This document shows positions 43,010 to 51,224 of a DNA stretch of 64,000 nt, piece by piece. A model generated the notes under the pieces. That model saw nothing but the letters and a program-made list of their open reading frames with translations. It was not told the origin of the DNA and did no database searches. This stretch comes from an uncultured Clostridia bacterium. GTDB taxonomy: Bacteria; Bacillota; Clostridia; Oscillospirales; CAG-272. The DNA lies in assembly GCA_947588825.1 (NCBI GenBank), contig CANPZU010000004.1:21649-85648 (forward strand), written 5' to 3'. The position numbers and the translations under genes are program-made. Positions within the stretch are counted from its first letter, which is position 1. Every line of letters begins with the position of its first letter.

Positions 43010-43034
43010 TGCAAAGCCCCCTTTCTTTTGTATT

Positions 43035-43062
43035 ATTCTATCACAGTATGATAAAAAATCAA
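43035..43062 (-). promoter_or_regulatory. Repressor promoter (PRM-like)
   Basis: On the minus strand: TTGATT, 16-nt spacer, TGaTAGAAT. Confidence 0.5.
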
Positions 43063-43066
43063 TCTT

Positions 43067-43129
43067 TTTATGAAAAAAACTTTCATAACACGATTGACAA
43101 ACTTTCATAATGTGATATAATCTTTCATA
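43067..43129. promoter_or_regulatory. Operator cluster: three CTTTCATA sites plus the palindrome TTTATGAAA...TTTCATAA
   Basis: The sites are at 43080-87, 43102-09 and 43122-29. They overlap the divergent promoters. Confidence 0.6.
43094..43121 (+). promoter_or_regulatory. Early rightward promoter (PR-like)
   Basis: TTGACA, 16-nt spacer, TGaTATAAT. Confidence 0.7.
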
Positions 43130-43160
43130 GCAAGAAAGTTTTTGGAAAGGAGGAATAAGG

Positions 43161-43361
43161 GTGAATCTTCCGAAATTAAAAGGAATTATACGAGAGAGAG
43201 GAAAGACGTATGTGCAGTGCGCCGCCGCGATTGACAAGAGCGTCGCCACGTTTAACTCGAAGATGAACGGTCGATCGAAATTCTATATCGACGAGTTGGA
43301 CGAGCTTGGAAACTTTTTGCATATGTCGGAAACGGAAAAACAGGAAACGTATCTTTCTTAG
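43161..43361 (+). CDS. Cro-like small HTH regulator
   Basis: 66 aa, divergent from the repressor. The GTG start follows the RBS AAAGGAGGA. LKGIIRERGKTYVQCAAAIDKSVATFNSKMNG is HTH-like. Confidence 0.65.
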   Translation: MNLPKLKGIIRERGKTYVQCAAAIDKSVATFNSKMNGRSKFYIDELDELGNFLHMSETEKQETYLS

Positions 43362-43366
43362 TTTTC

Positions 43367-43621
43367 ATGCAAGGGGTGGGTAATGGAAACAAGAAAACGG
43401 TAGTTGGATTTTTTGTTGAAAGGAGGGGCGCAGTGAAGGGCGTTAAGATTTTCGATACCATATGCAACGAAACCGCAAAAGATTGCAACGGGAATTTTCT
43501 CTACACTATATCTGCAATATGCGACGATAACGGAAGTTTTGCGATAAATGTCGTAGGAAACGGCGGCACAGATAGGGCAATCGAAGCCGTCAAGAGAACC
43601 ATGGAGCTTATAAGTAAGTGA
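43367..43621 (+). CDS. Hypothetical early protein
   Basis: An 84-aa ORF. Confidence 0.45.
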   Translation: MQGVGNGNKKTVVGFFVERRGAVKGVKIFDTICNETAKDCNGNFLYTISAICDDNGSFAINVVGNGGTDRAIEAVKRTMELISK

Positions 43622-43657
43622 CGAATAACAAATTTAATGATTGGAAGGAGGGATAAA

Positions 43658-44485
43658 GTGAACGAGTTAATCAAAATCGGCAAGCACGACATTTCAGTGA
43701 AGATGTACAAGGGGCAAAGGGTTGTCACGTTCAAAGACATTGACACCGTGCATGAACGACCGGAAGGAACGGCGAGGAAGCGATTCGCAGACAACCGTGA
43801 GCGCTTCATTGAAGGAACGGACTACTTCGTTGTAACGCCGGAAATGCTTGAAAATACGGAGATGTCCGAAAAACGGACATCTGGAATTGACAGCGTGAAT
43901 CCTCGCGGAACGGCATTCATTACAGAATCCGGCTATCTCATGTTGGTGAAGTCCTTTACAGATGATTTGGCGTGGCAGGTACAGCGTGATTTGGTTTCTT
44001 CCTATTTTAATACGAAAGAAATTATTAACACACAGCTTTCGCCGGAGCTTCAAATGCTTCAAGGACTTTTGAACCAGATGGTTCAGAAAGAGCTTGCCGA
44101 CAAGGAACGCGACCGACAGATTGCACTTGCACAGGAAACGGCAGAAAAGGCAGTCCATACCACGGAACAGATTAAGGAAGAGATTGTCACGCCGTTTGAG
44201 AACTGGCGCGAGGATGTCAACGCGAAAGTCCGGGAGATTGCGATAAAGGCAAAGATTCCATTTCAGAGCCTGTTTACAGATATGTACCGCGAGCTTGAGA
44301 TGAAAGCCGGATGCGACCTTTCGACGCGGCAGAGAAACAAGCGCGACCGAATGATTGGAAACGGAAGCAGGAAAACGGACATCGACAAGGAAACCACGAA
44401 GATCGCGGTTATCGGAGACGATAAGCGGCTGAAACAGATTTTTGACGATATCGTCAGAAGATATGCGGTCAAGTATGTAGCGTAA
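43658..44485 (+). CDS. ORF6N-domain antirepressor-type protein
   Basis: YKGQRVVTFKDIDTVHERPEGTARKRF is an identical peptide block to part of the 14793 gene, although the nucleotide sequences have diverged. GTG 43658 follows the RBS GGAGGG. Confidence 0.7.
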   Translation: MNELIKIGKHDISVKMYKGQRVVTFKDIDTVHERPEGTARKRFADNRERFIEGTDYFVVTPEMLENTEMSEKRTSGIDSVNPRGTAFITESGYLMLVKSFTDDLAWQVQRDLVSSYFNTKEIINTQLSPELQMLQGLLNQMVQKELADKERDRQIALAQETAEKAVHTTEQIKEEIVTPFENWREDVNAKVREIAIKAKIPFQSLFTDMYRELEMKAGCDLSTRQRNKRDRMIGNGSRKTDIDKETTKIAVIGDDKRLKQIFDDIVRRYAVKYVA

Positions 44486-44500
44486 GCGGAGGAACAAAAG

Positions 44501-44710
44501 ATGGCAAAGAGAATACTACTGGACAATTACGTGGTGAATGAACTAAGCGAGTACAGGAAACTGTGGGAGCGGTACGACGAGTTAAACGGCGGGAAACAAC
44601 GCAGGTCACGGAGCGACAGCGAGCTGATTTCGCTTGCCATTCTGGGCGACATGAAGAGCCTGAAAGAATTCGTCAAGCGCCGCGAGAAAGCCGAGGTGAG
44701 CAATGACTGA
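44501..44710 (+). CDS. Hypothetical small protein
   Basis: A 69-aa ORF with RBS GGAGGA. Confidence 0.55.
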   Translation: MAKRILLDNYVVNELSEYRKLWERYDELNGGKQRRSRSDSELISLAILGDMKSLKEFVKRREKAEVSND

Positions 44711-44858
44711 AAAATCGAAGGAGGAGTCATTAGATCGCTTGCTGATAAAAGAAACCACTTCCATCTCGGAAGTGAACAAATACATAAGGAACGGATGGCA
44801 GTTGCTTCACGTGACTGTCCAATTCGGGAGACACCTGTTCATGTTAGTAAAAGAATGA
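44703..44858 (+). CDS. Hypothetical 51-aa ORF
   Basis: I translated it by hand. It overlaps the upstream stop and is below the ORF-track cut-off. Confidence 0.35.
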   Translation: MTEKSKEESLDRLLIKETTSISEVNKYIRNGWQLLHVTVQFGRHLFMLVKE

Positions 44859-44989
44859 AGGTGTCCCGGCGGTGCACCACCACCAACCGGGACGGATAGT
44901 AAGTAAACCAGTCTTACCAACTATCAAGGGAATTATATCAAATCCTCTTGATTTTGGCAAGAATAACCAAATTTAAGGAGGATATTTTT

Positions 44990-45313
44990 ATGGAAACAAA
45001 CGGAACTGAAAACGGCAAAAAAGAGATGAGTTGGAATTTTTTTGAAGAGTCTCTGGCTTCGAGCATCATCGGATTGCAGGAGAAAACGACAAAAGCGATG
45101 CGCACTGGGCTTATCTGCGTGACAGCGCTTGCGACCGTGGCGGTTGCCGGGCTGATCATCGCAAACTGCCTTGAGAGCAAACACTTTGTCGATTACCTGT
45201 CTGAGTATGATTTCGTAAGTCAGGACGGGGAGGGCTTCAACTATTACAACTCCGATGTAGGGGGTAATGTAATAAATGGGGCAGAGAATAAGGAGACAGA
45301 AGAACAGAGCTAA
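44990..45313 (+). CDS. Membrane protein
   Basis: RBS AAGGAGGA. It contains the TM helix LICVTALATVAVAGLIIA. Confidence 0.55.
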   Translation: METNGTENGKKEMSWNFFEESLASSIIGLQEKTTKAMRTGLICVTALATVAVAGLIIANCLESKHFVDYLSEYDFVSQDGEGFNYYNSDVGGNVINGAENKETEEQS

Positions 45314-45379
45314 AGTCAAGGGTGTGGCAGTCAGGAAGAAGAAAAAGAAGAAATAAACGCAATTCAGGGGGACAAAAAA

Positions 45380-46021
45380 GTGGAGTACAGAAAAAACAGG
45401 AACAACCATGTGATTGTCTGCGGCACAATCCGCGGCGAATTCACATTAAACCACGAAACGCACGGCGAGAAGTTTTATGTCGCGTCGATCGACAGCAAAC
45501 GGCTCAGCGGACGGGTTGACAGCATCCCGGTCATGGTCTCGGAGCGTCTTGTGGACGTGACGGAGGACTGGGGCGGGCAGACAGTGCTCATTGAGGGCGA
45601 CATGCGCTCCCACAACAGTTTGGAACACGACAGGAATCATCTGCACCTGCACGTTTTTGCGAAATATTTTGCAGAGTGCGGCGCGGGGGAATCTGATGAT
45701 AACGAAATATATCTCGACGGATATATCTGCCAAGACGTCCGATACCGCGAAACGCCGCTCGGACGGGAGGTTTCCGATCTGATGCTCGCGGTCAACCGTC
45801 CGTACTGGAAATCAGACTACATACCGTGCATCTGTTGGGGGAGGAACGCGATGTTCTCGGCAAGCCTCGAAAAAGGAACGCATCTGCGGGTTAAGGGGCG
45901 CATCCAGAGCCGTGAATACCACAAGCGAATATCCGAAGAAGAATACGAACAGCGGACGGCCTATGAGGTGTCTGTGAGCAGTCTGGAGGTGATTTCCGAT
46001 GATTTCGCAGAAGAAGATTGA
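45380..46021 (+). CDS. ssb: Single-stranded DNA-binding protein with duplicated OB fold
   Basis: The second half (NEIYLDGYICQDVRYRETPLGREVSDLMLAVNR...ICWGRNAMFSASLEKGTHLRVKGRIQSREY) follows the SSB OB-fold pattern. The first half is a weaker copy. Confidence 0.7.
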   Translation: MEYRKNRNNHVIVCGTIRGEFTLNHETHGEKFYVASIDSKRLSGRVDSIPVMVSERLVDVTEDWGGQTVLIEGDMRSHNSLEHDRNHLHLHVFAKYFAECGAGESDDNEIYLDGYICQDVRYRETPLGREVSDLMLAVNRPYWKSDYIPCICWGRNAMFSASLEKGTHLRVKGRIQSREYHKRISEEEYEQRTAYEVSVSSLEVISDDFAEED

Positions 46022-46448
46022 GGAAACGCTACTTAGAATCGGCGTTCCTGCCGGGATACATGGATTCCGCTATATCACGGACGCAATCAAGCTTCTTGAT
46101 GATCCGGAATGGAAGAACATCAAAACGATTGCCCTGTACGAAAAGGTTGCGAACATGAACAATGCAACCGCAGGAAGCGTCGAGCGCGCAATTCGCCACG
46201 CGCTCATGACAACAAGGAACCACGTCGGAGAGACGGAAGATGTTCTGCGCTATATCGGCGGCAAGGAAACGAGGAGCGCGGACGCGTTGAAGCTTCTTTA
46301 CACAAGGCTCAAGAATGAGGACGATGCAAAAGTCCGGGAGAGGAACGTGGACGGTCTGAGCCAAGATGAGATTACACTGCGCCGGATTATCCGCGAGGAA
46401 GTCCGGGAGTTTCTGAAAGGCGTTCTTTTGGGAGGTGACACGTTATGA
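45999..46448 (+). CDS. Spo0A C-terminal domain-like protein (second copy)
   Basis: LLRIGVPAGIHGFRYITDAIKLL...LYEKVANMNNATAGSVERAIRHAL closely follows the Spo0A_C pattern. Confidence 0.7.
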   Translation: MISQKKIEETLLRIGVPAGIHGFRYITDAIKLLDDPEWKNIKTIALYEKVANMNNATAGSVERAIRHALMTTRNHVGETEDVLRYIGGKETRSADALKLLYTRLKNEDDAKVRERNVDGLSQDEITLRRIIREEVREFLKGVLLGGDTL

Positions 46449-46705
46449 GCGATGTAAGCATAGGAACATGCAGTTATTGCGGTTCGCAGAACGTCCCTAT
46501 TGTCGCAACGCCGGAAACAGGGCTTTACTGCATCGAATGTCATAGGCTCACAAGGGATAACTGCAACGATGCTATAAGAAAAATAAAGAGATTCCAAAAG
46601 CTTTCCAACTTTGCGTCAGAAAGAAAAGATCTGCAAAAAGATTATAAAGAAGAGGCAGAAAAAGCGTTGTTTGATTTGTGCGGGGAGCATATTTCTTTGG
46701 ACTGA
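46445..46705 (+). CDS. Zinc-finger protein
   Basis: CSYCGS...CIECH. Confidence 0.55.
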   Translation: MSDVSIGTCSYCGSQNVPIVATPETGLYCIECHRLTRDNCNDAIRKIKRFQKLSNFASERKDLQKDYKEEAEKALFDLCGEHISLD

Positions 46706-46722
46706 AAAAGAGGTGATTTGTT

Positions 46723-46971
46723 ATGAAACTGAAAACCTATGCGGCAATCATGACCGGGGCATTCGCGATGATGACGACGGTGCTTATATTATGGGCGGCT
46801 ACGCAGGTCGCACTGCACGATGCGCTTGCGGTCGGAATCGGAGCATACTGCGTCGCAACAATCGGGACGTTTGCGGCGATAGAATTCGTCGAGAGACGAA
46901 AGAAGAGGAATCTCGCGGCGACGATCGTCACGCTTGTGAGGGAGGAATGGGAACGCGGAAGGGCGGCGTAA
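46723..46971 (+). CDS. Small membrane protein
   Basis: It has two TM helices. Confidence 0.55.
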   Translation: MKLKTYAAIMTGAFAMMTTVLILWAATQVALHDALAVGIGAYCVATIGTFAAIEFVERRKKRNLAATIVTLVREEWERGRAA

Positions 46972-46973
46972 AG

Positions 46974-47522
46974 ATGGCAAGAAGGAGCGGATACTACGGT
47001 TTCGGCTTCAACCCGGAGCTGAATAAAAACCATTTTTTGGTCTCGATTCCAGACAGTAAGAGGGCAGACACAAAGGTTTGCGTTTATGAGCGTTTTCGGT
47101 GGGATGCGGACGGCGAGCAGAAAATCCACGAGGAAGATTTGCTGAAGGTCGAGTTCGAGCGCCGGAAATGGTCGAAGATTGCCGAGACCGTGACGAGGGA
47201 ATTCAATATCCGGCTGAAGCAGGACAGGCTTCCGGTCGGCAAATTTTCGTCCGGTGGAGTCCCGGTAGAAAAGCGACTCGGCAAAGAGCTGATTTGCCTG
47301 CTGTGGTCTCTGGAAGGATGCGCAGAATCCTGCATCCCTACAGCTTTGCGGAATTGGCTCGGTCTACAGCCGGAAGAAAGATGGTGGCTGTACACGATGA
47401 CGAACGCGAACACTGGGGCAGCCGGTGACGGTAACAGAGGATGGCGGGTAGCGCTTAAGTATATCATGTGCGAAAACCCGGTCGATAGCCGGAATTATGA
47501 ACAATTATCAATGGGGGTATAA
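46974..47522 (+). CDS. Hypothetical protein
   Basis: 182 aa from ATG 46974. The longer 46611 ORF-track version overlaps two well-supported genes and is rejected. Confidence 0.6.
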   Translation: MARRSGYYGFGFNPELNKNHFLVSIPDSKRADTKVCVYERFRWDADGEQKIHEEDLLKVEFERRKWSKIAETVTREFNIRLKQDRLPVGKFSSGGVPVEKRLGKELICLLWSLEGCAESCIPTALRNWLGLQPEERWWLYTMTNANTGAAGDGNRGWRVALKYIMCENPVDSRNYEQLSMGV

Positions 47523-47526
47523 AACG

Positions 47527-47712
47527 ATGAAGAAATACCGCGAGGAATTAGAAAAGCACGTAAACGACATTCTCGATGAGATTGAGGCAGATGTAAATAC
47601 TGTCGCAAATGAACTTGAGACGATCATGTACTCGAAGGACGGCGCAGAAATCTCAAAGTGTGCAAGACATGCATGGGAGATGCTAAATAGCCTTTCCGTT
47701 AGACTGCATTAG
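47527..47712 (+). CDS. Hypothetical small protein
   Basis: A 61-aa helical ORF. Confidence 0.5.
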   Translation: MKKYREELEKHVNDILDEIEADVNTVANELETIMYSKDGAEISKCARHAWEMLNSLSVRLH

Positions 47713-47753
47713 CAGGATGTGCGTGGCTGCAAGCTTATGAGGGGGATTGGAGC

Positions 47754-48014
47754 ATGGAGAAAGAACATCGCAAGGGCAAAGATGGTTATTTTATGATGGA
47801 TAATGTGATTGATAGGATTGAAGAGGAGTGCTCAAAGACTGGAACAAGAAAATGCATTGATGTTGTCTGCAATATGATTGGCGTATTTCGCGCAATCAGA
47901 GATGCAGAGCCATCGATGGAATATTCCGTCGAAGACGTTTGCAGGCTTCTCGATTCTGTTTACGAGATCGTCTTTGATGATACCTTGAAAGAAACGGAGG
48001 ATAAAAATGATTGA
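47754..48014 (+). CDS. Hypothetical small protein
   Basis: An 86-aa ORF with RBS GGGGGA. Confidence 0.55.
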   Translation: MEKEHRKGKDGYFMMDNVIDRIEEECSKTGTRKCIDVVCNMIGVFRAIRDAEPSMEYSVEDVCRLLDSVYEIVFDDTLKETEDKND

Positions 48015-48174
48015 AGCAATGGAACTCGCCCTCGTGGACAAAGACAGGGTGCGCGAGGTAAAGGAGGAAACAAAGCGGAAACTCCGCAACGGCAACGAGA
48101 CCATGAAAATCCGGGCAGAGGGCATGAAATACGCGCTTGAATGCCTAGATTTATGGGAAAATAAAGAAAACTAA
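48007..48174 (+). CDS. Hypothetical 55-aa ORF
   Basis: I translated it by hand. It overlaps the upstream stop. Confidence 0.4.
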   Translation: MIEAMELALVDKDRVREVKEETKRKLRNGNETMKIRAEGMKYALECLDLWENKEN

Positions 48175-48198
48175 ATCAAAAAAGGGAGGAAACGAAAA

Positions 48199-48813
48199 AT
48201 GGAAACCAAAATGGCAAAAGAGATGAAAGTGCGCTTGACTTTCACTGAACAGATTCTTGGCACGGCAAGCAACGACAAAGAGATTCACGCAGAGTTTATC
48301 GCAAGCAAAGCGCCGGACGCGCCGAGCCGGGAGGAAGAGATTGAGGCTATCGGCGTGGATGCGGCAATCGAAAAGGGCATGACGGTATTCAGCCGCAACC
48401 CCGACGGAAAGCCGATTCTGTTCGACTACCAACTCAAAGGTTTTTTCAAAAATTGCGCAAAAGCGTTCAATTATGTCGGAGGAAAGGAAAAATTGACGGC
48501 ATACAAGTCGAAAATCGACAATCTTATTTTCATCAAAGAGCGCATGATTGAACTCCATCTGCCGGATGGAGAGGAAATCGGAAACTGCCAGAGACCGCTC
48601 CGGGCGAATACGGCGCAGGGTGAACGCGTTGCCCTTGCAAACAGCGAATCATGCCCGCCCGGTACATACATCGAATTCACGGTCATGGTAATGGTCGGCG
48701 AGTTGATGGAGCATGTCATTAAGTGGCTTGACTACGGTGCTCTGAACGGCATCGGGCAGTGGCACAACTCCGGCTGTGGGCGCTTTGAATGGACTGACAT
48801 TTCTGATAAATAG
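48199..48813 (+). CDS. Hypothetical protein with C-terminal Cas6/RAMP-style glycine-rich loop motif
   Basis: 204 aa. The extreme C terminus, GIGQWHNSGCGRFEW, fits the pattern G-h-G-x5-G-h-G. The RBS is GGGAGGAAA. Confidence 0.65.
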   Translation: METKMAKEMKVRLTFTEQILGTASNDKEIHAEFIASKAPDAPSREEEIEAIGVDAAIEKGMTVFSRNPDGKPILFDYQLKGFFKNCAKAFNYVGGKEKLTAYKSKIDNLIFIKERMIELHLPDGEEIGNCQRPLRANTAQGERVALANSESCPPGTYIEFTVMVMVGELMEHVIKWLDYGALNGIGQWHNSGCGRFEWTDISDK

Positions 48814-48814
48814 T

Positions 48815-49499
48815 TTGAAATGGAACGGTACGGACTTGATGAGAAAGGCATTGGATAGGCGTAGTCCCGATTGGATTTGCAGAGGCGGCGCATGGTGATG
48901 AACTGGCAGGCTCCGAGTCGGAGGAGAAAAGCACGGATGAGATCGGCGATGATTTGGAAAAGCGAGGACGCGCGGCGCGTGGACTGGAATGGATGCGCAT
49001 TGGCTAGGAACAGAGGAGATAAGACACGAAACGCAAAGAAACGAAAAGGACAAGCACGGAGGTGAGCGGAGTAGATAAGGATTTGAGCAGAAAAGATTCG
49101 ATATGATCGGACAAGGCGAAGCGTAGCTCGGAGACGTGAGGAGTGGAAACGGAGGGGACTTGAATCGAGTGGATGAGAAACGTGGCGGCAAGGCGACGCA
49201 AGGATTCGACAGGATTCGGAAAGGCTTTGAGGGGAAGCGAGCCGAAGAGGAATGGCATAGAAAGGACACGACGTGGCGTGGCATGAAAACACATAGAGAG
49301 GAAACGGCATAGCTACGCTCGGGGCAGAGAAGCGGATGGGCGGCGATATGTTCTGAATTGGAGAAGACTTGATATGCGCAGACCGAGAAGAGCAGGAAAG
49401 GAATAGAGCAGAAACGGAATCGTTTAGCAAAGATCAGTGAAGCTTTGGAGAGGCGTCGATTTTCACGGACTAGATCGGCAAAGGAAAGGTGGTGGTTGA
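48815..49499. other. ~690-nt purine-rich (G+A on the + strand) non-coding tract
   Basis: All three + frames are full of stops. The minus strand carries only long low-complexity S/P/L/F ORFs, which are compositional artefacts. Imperfect repeats of the form TGGAA(A)CGG..GGACTTGA lie near 48821, 49144 and 49357. Confidence 0.7.
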
Positions 49500-49715
49500 T
49501 TGTATGTCGGCATCTTAACAGAACAAGGCAAGAGCGTTCACGACGCAGACGCTTTCCCATACGCCTGCGAGCGCGTGGAGAGCGGCACAGTGGAAGAACA
49601 GGCAGAGTTTATGAGCATCGCCGCAGACAGCGCGGACTTCACGGAATTTGCGGCACGGGTGGTTGAGTGGTTTTATTCTGGAGACTGGATTTATCAAAAT
49701 GAAATGGAGGACTAA
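49500..49715 (+). CDS. Hypothetical small acidic protein
   Basis: 71 aa with a TTG start and a purine-rich RBS region. Confidence 0.45.
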   Translation: MYVGILTEQGKSVHDADAFPYACERVESGTVEEQAEFMSIAADSADFTEFAARVVEWFYSGDWIYQNEMED

Positions 49716-49718
49716 GAG

Positions 49719-50177
49719 ATGGAAGAAAAAAGAATTATCGAGATTGACGGCGTAAAAATCGAGGTTGACATGAGGACGGCAAAGAGGATTGACACGTTCA
49801 GGGTCGGCGACAACGTGAAAGTCCTGTGCAAAAGCGGGGACGACTTCAAGGTAAGACCGGGCGTGATTGTGGATTTCTGCAACTTCAAGGAAAAGCCGAC
49901 AATCAGCGTGGCGGTGTACAAAGAGCCGTCCTACTACGGCGGCAGACCGGGAATCGAGATTATCAACATCTTCGAGGGCATGGAGGACAAGTACGAGATT
50001 GTCTACACGAGTGAGGACGATTTACGTCTGACGCGCGATGGAATCATTGAAAGGTTCGAGCATGAAATCCAGAAAAAGAAAGAAGAAATGCTGGATTTGG
50101 AGAATCAGCTTAGCTATTTCAAGAAGCATTTCCTTAAGGTTGGGTTAGGTGATAAAGATGAGACAGAATCCTTGTAG
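49719..50177 (+). CDS. Hypothetical protein
   Basis: A 152-aa ORF. Confidence 0.6.
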   Translation: MEEKRIIEIDGVKIEVDMRTAKRIDTFRVGDNVKVLCKSGDDFKVRPGVIVDFCNFKEKPTISVAVYKEPSYYGGRPGIEIINIFEGMEDKYEIVYTSEDDLRLTRDGIIERFEHEIQKKKEEMLDLENQLSYFKKHFLKVGLGDKDETESL

Positions 50178-50472
50178 GTACTGCATTCTTTCGGAGGAAT
50201 ACAAAGGCGTTCATTACAGGGGCGGTGACAAGAAGTGCGAAACCTGCGAGAAGTATTTCGCCCACAGGGAATACCTGAAATCCAAGAGGAAGTTTGCAGA
50301 GGGCGAACCGATAAACTCTGTCGAGGAACTTCTGAAGGAAGAATGGGTTATGTGGTACGGACAAACAAAGCATATTGAAACGTTCAAATCAATGCCGCTG
50401 AGGAATGTGCTTAGATTTTTGGAATTAGGCGAAATCAGAAAGGCAGTCAGAAAAGAAAGAGAGGATGATTGA
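50158..50472 (+). CDS. Zinc-finger-containing hypothetical protein
   Basis: CRYC...CETC. The RBS AGGTGA precedes ATG 50158. Confidence 0.55.
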   Translation: MRQNPCRYCILSEEYKGVHYRGGDKKCETCEKYFAHREYLKSKRKFAEGEPINSVEELLKEEWVMWYGQTKHIETFKSMPLRNVLRFLELGEIRKAVRKEREDD

Positions 50473-50474
50473 TT

Positions 50475-51224
50475 ATGGCAGAACAGAACACAAATTTGGC
50501 AACACAGCAGGAGCAGAAACCGGCAACAGCAAACAAGGTGACGGATTTTAGCCTCGGCATTTTCGGCACGTCCGACAACTTCATCATGGCGAACCAAATG
50601 GCGAAGGCTCTGGCGAACTCGACAATGGTTCCGAAGGAATATCAGGGCAACGTGTCAAATGCCCTGGTCGCGATGGAGATGGCCGTGCGCGTTGGGACAA
50701 GCCCTTTGATTGTCATGCAGAACCTTGATGTGATTTACGGCCGTCCTTCGTGGAGGGCACAGTACATAATCGCCATGATTAACGGTTCTGGGAAGTACGA
50801 CATGGAGTTGCAGTATGACGAGAAAACCGACAAGAACGGAAAACCGTTTTCCTGCCAGTGCTGGACGACAAAGAACGGCCGCAGGGTGGATGGCCCGGTC
50901 ATTGACATGGATCTGGCAAAAGCCGAGGGTTGGTACGAAAAGAACGGGAGCAAGTGGAAAACCATGCCGCAGGTGATGCTCAGATACCGTGCGGCGGCAT
51001 TCTTTGGCCGCTTCAACTGCCCGGAACTTATCATGGGGCTGTATTCAAGAGATGAAGTAATCGAAATGGGAGCACAGCGCGACATTGAGGTCGAGGCGGA
51101 AGTTTTTGACCCGTTTGAGGCAAAGGCAGAGGCGGTCAAAAAAGAAGCCGAAAAGCCGCAGGAAACAGTTGAGATGGCTGACGGCGAACAGGCAACGCTT
51201 GATTTGAATGGAGAAAAGGCATGA
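50475..51224 (+). CDS. recT: RecT-family single-strand annealing recombinase
   Basis: MVPKEYQGNVSNALVAMEMAVRVGTSPLIVMQNLDVIYGRPSW...KWKTMPQVMLRYRAAAFFGR follows the RecT pattern. Confidence 0.8.
   Translation: MAEQNTNLATQQEQKPATANKVTDFSLGIFGTSDNFIMANQMAKALANSTMVPKEYQGNVSNALVAMEMAVRVGTSPLIVMQNLDVIYGRPSWRAQYIIAMINGSGKYDMELQYDEKTDKNGKPFSCQCWTTKNGRRVDGPVIDMDLAKAEGWYEKNGSKWKTMPQVMLRYRAAAFFGRFNCPELIMGLYSRDEVIEMGAQRDIEVEAEVFDPFEAKAEAVKKEAEKPQETVEMADGEQATLDLNGEKA

Noticed and set aside
44873-44935. Hairpins GTCCCGG...CCGGGAC and GATAGTAAG...CTTAC..ACTATC, considered as a possible additional sRNA or toxin locus because GATAGTAAG also occurs in the toxin-1 region.
   Set aside because: There is no adjacent small hydrophobic ORF or promoter, and the shared 9-mer is too short to be meaningful. 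These are most simply intergenic terminator-like structures after the 44703 ORF.
46611-46973. N-terminal 121 codons of the 303-aa ORF-track entry 46611..47522.
   Set aside because: This stretch overlaps the zinc-finger gene (46445..46705) and the membrane-protein gene (46723..46971) out of frame and reads as R/G/D-rich filler. The credible start is ATG 46974, directly after the upstream stop.
48815-49499. Whether the purine-rich tract could be a ROOL- or GOLLD-type large structured prophage RNA.
   Set aside because: Those RNAs are extensively base-paired. This tract has too few pyrimidines to form long Watson-Crick helices, and I saw no extended stems. I kept it only as an unclassified non-coding tract.
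48649-49560. 303-aa and 232-aa minus-strand ORFs (48649..49560 and 48732..49430), plus a third of 96 aa (49004..49294).
   Set aside because: The translations are S/P/L/F/C-rich low complexity. The 5' part overlaps the well-supported 48199 gene in antisense. Long open frames are expected on the pyrimidine-rich strand of a purine-skewed tract because stop codons are purine-rich.
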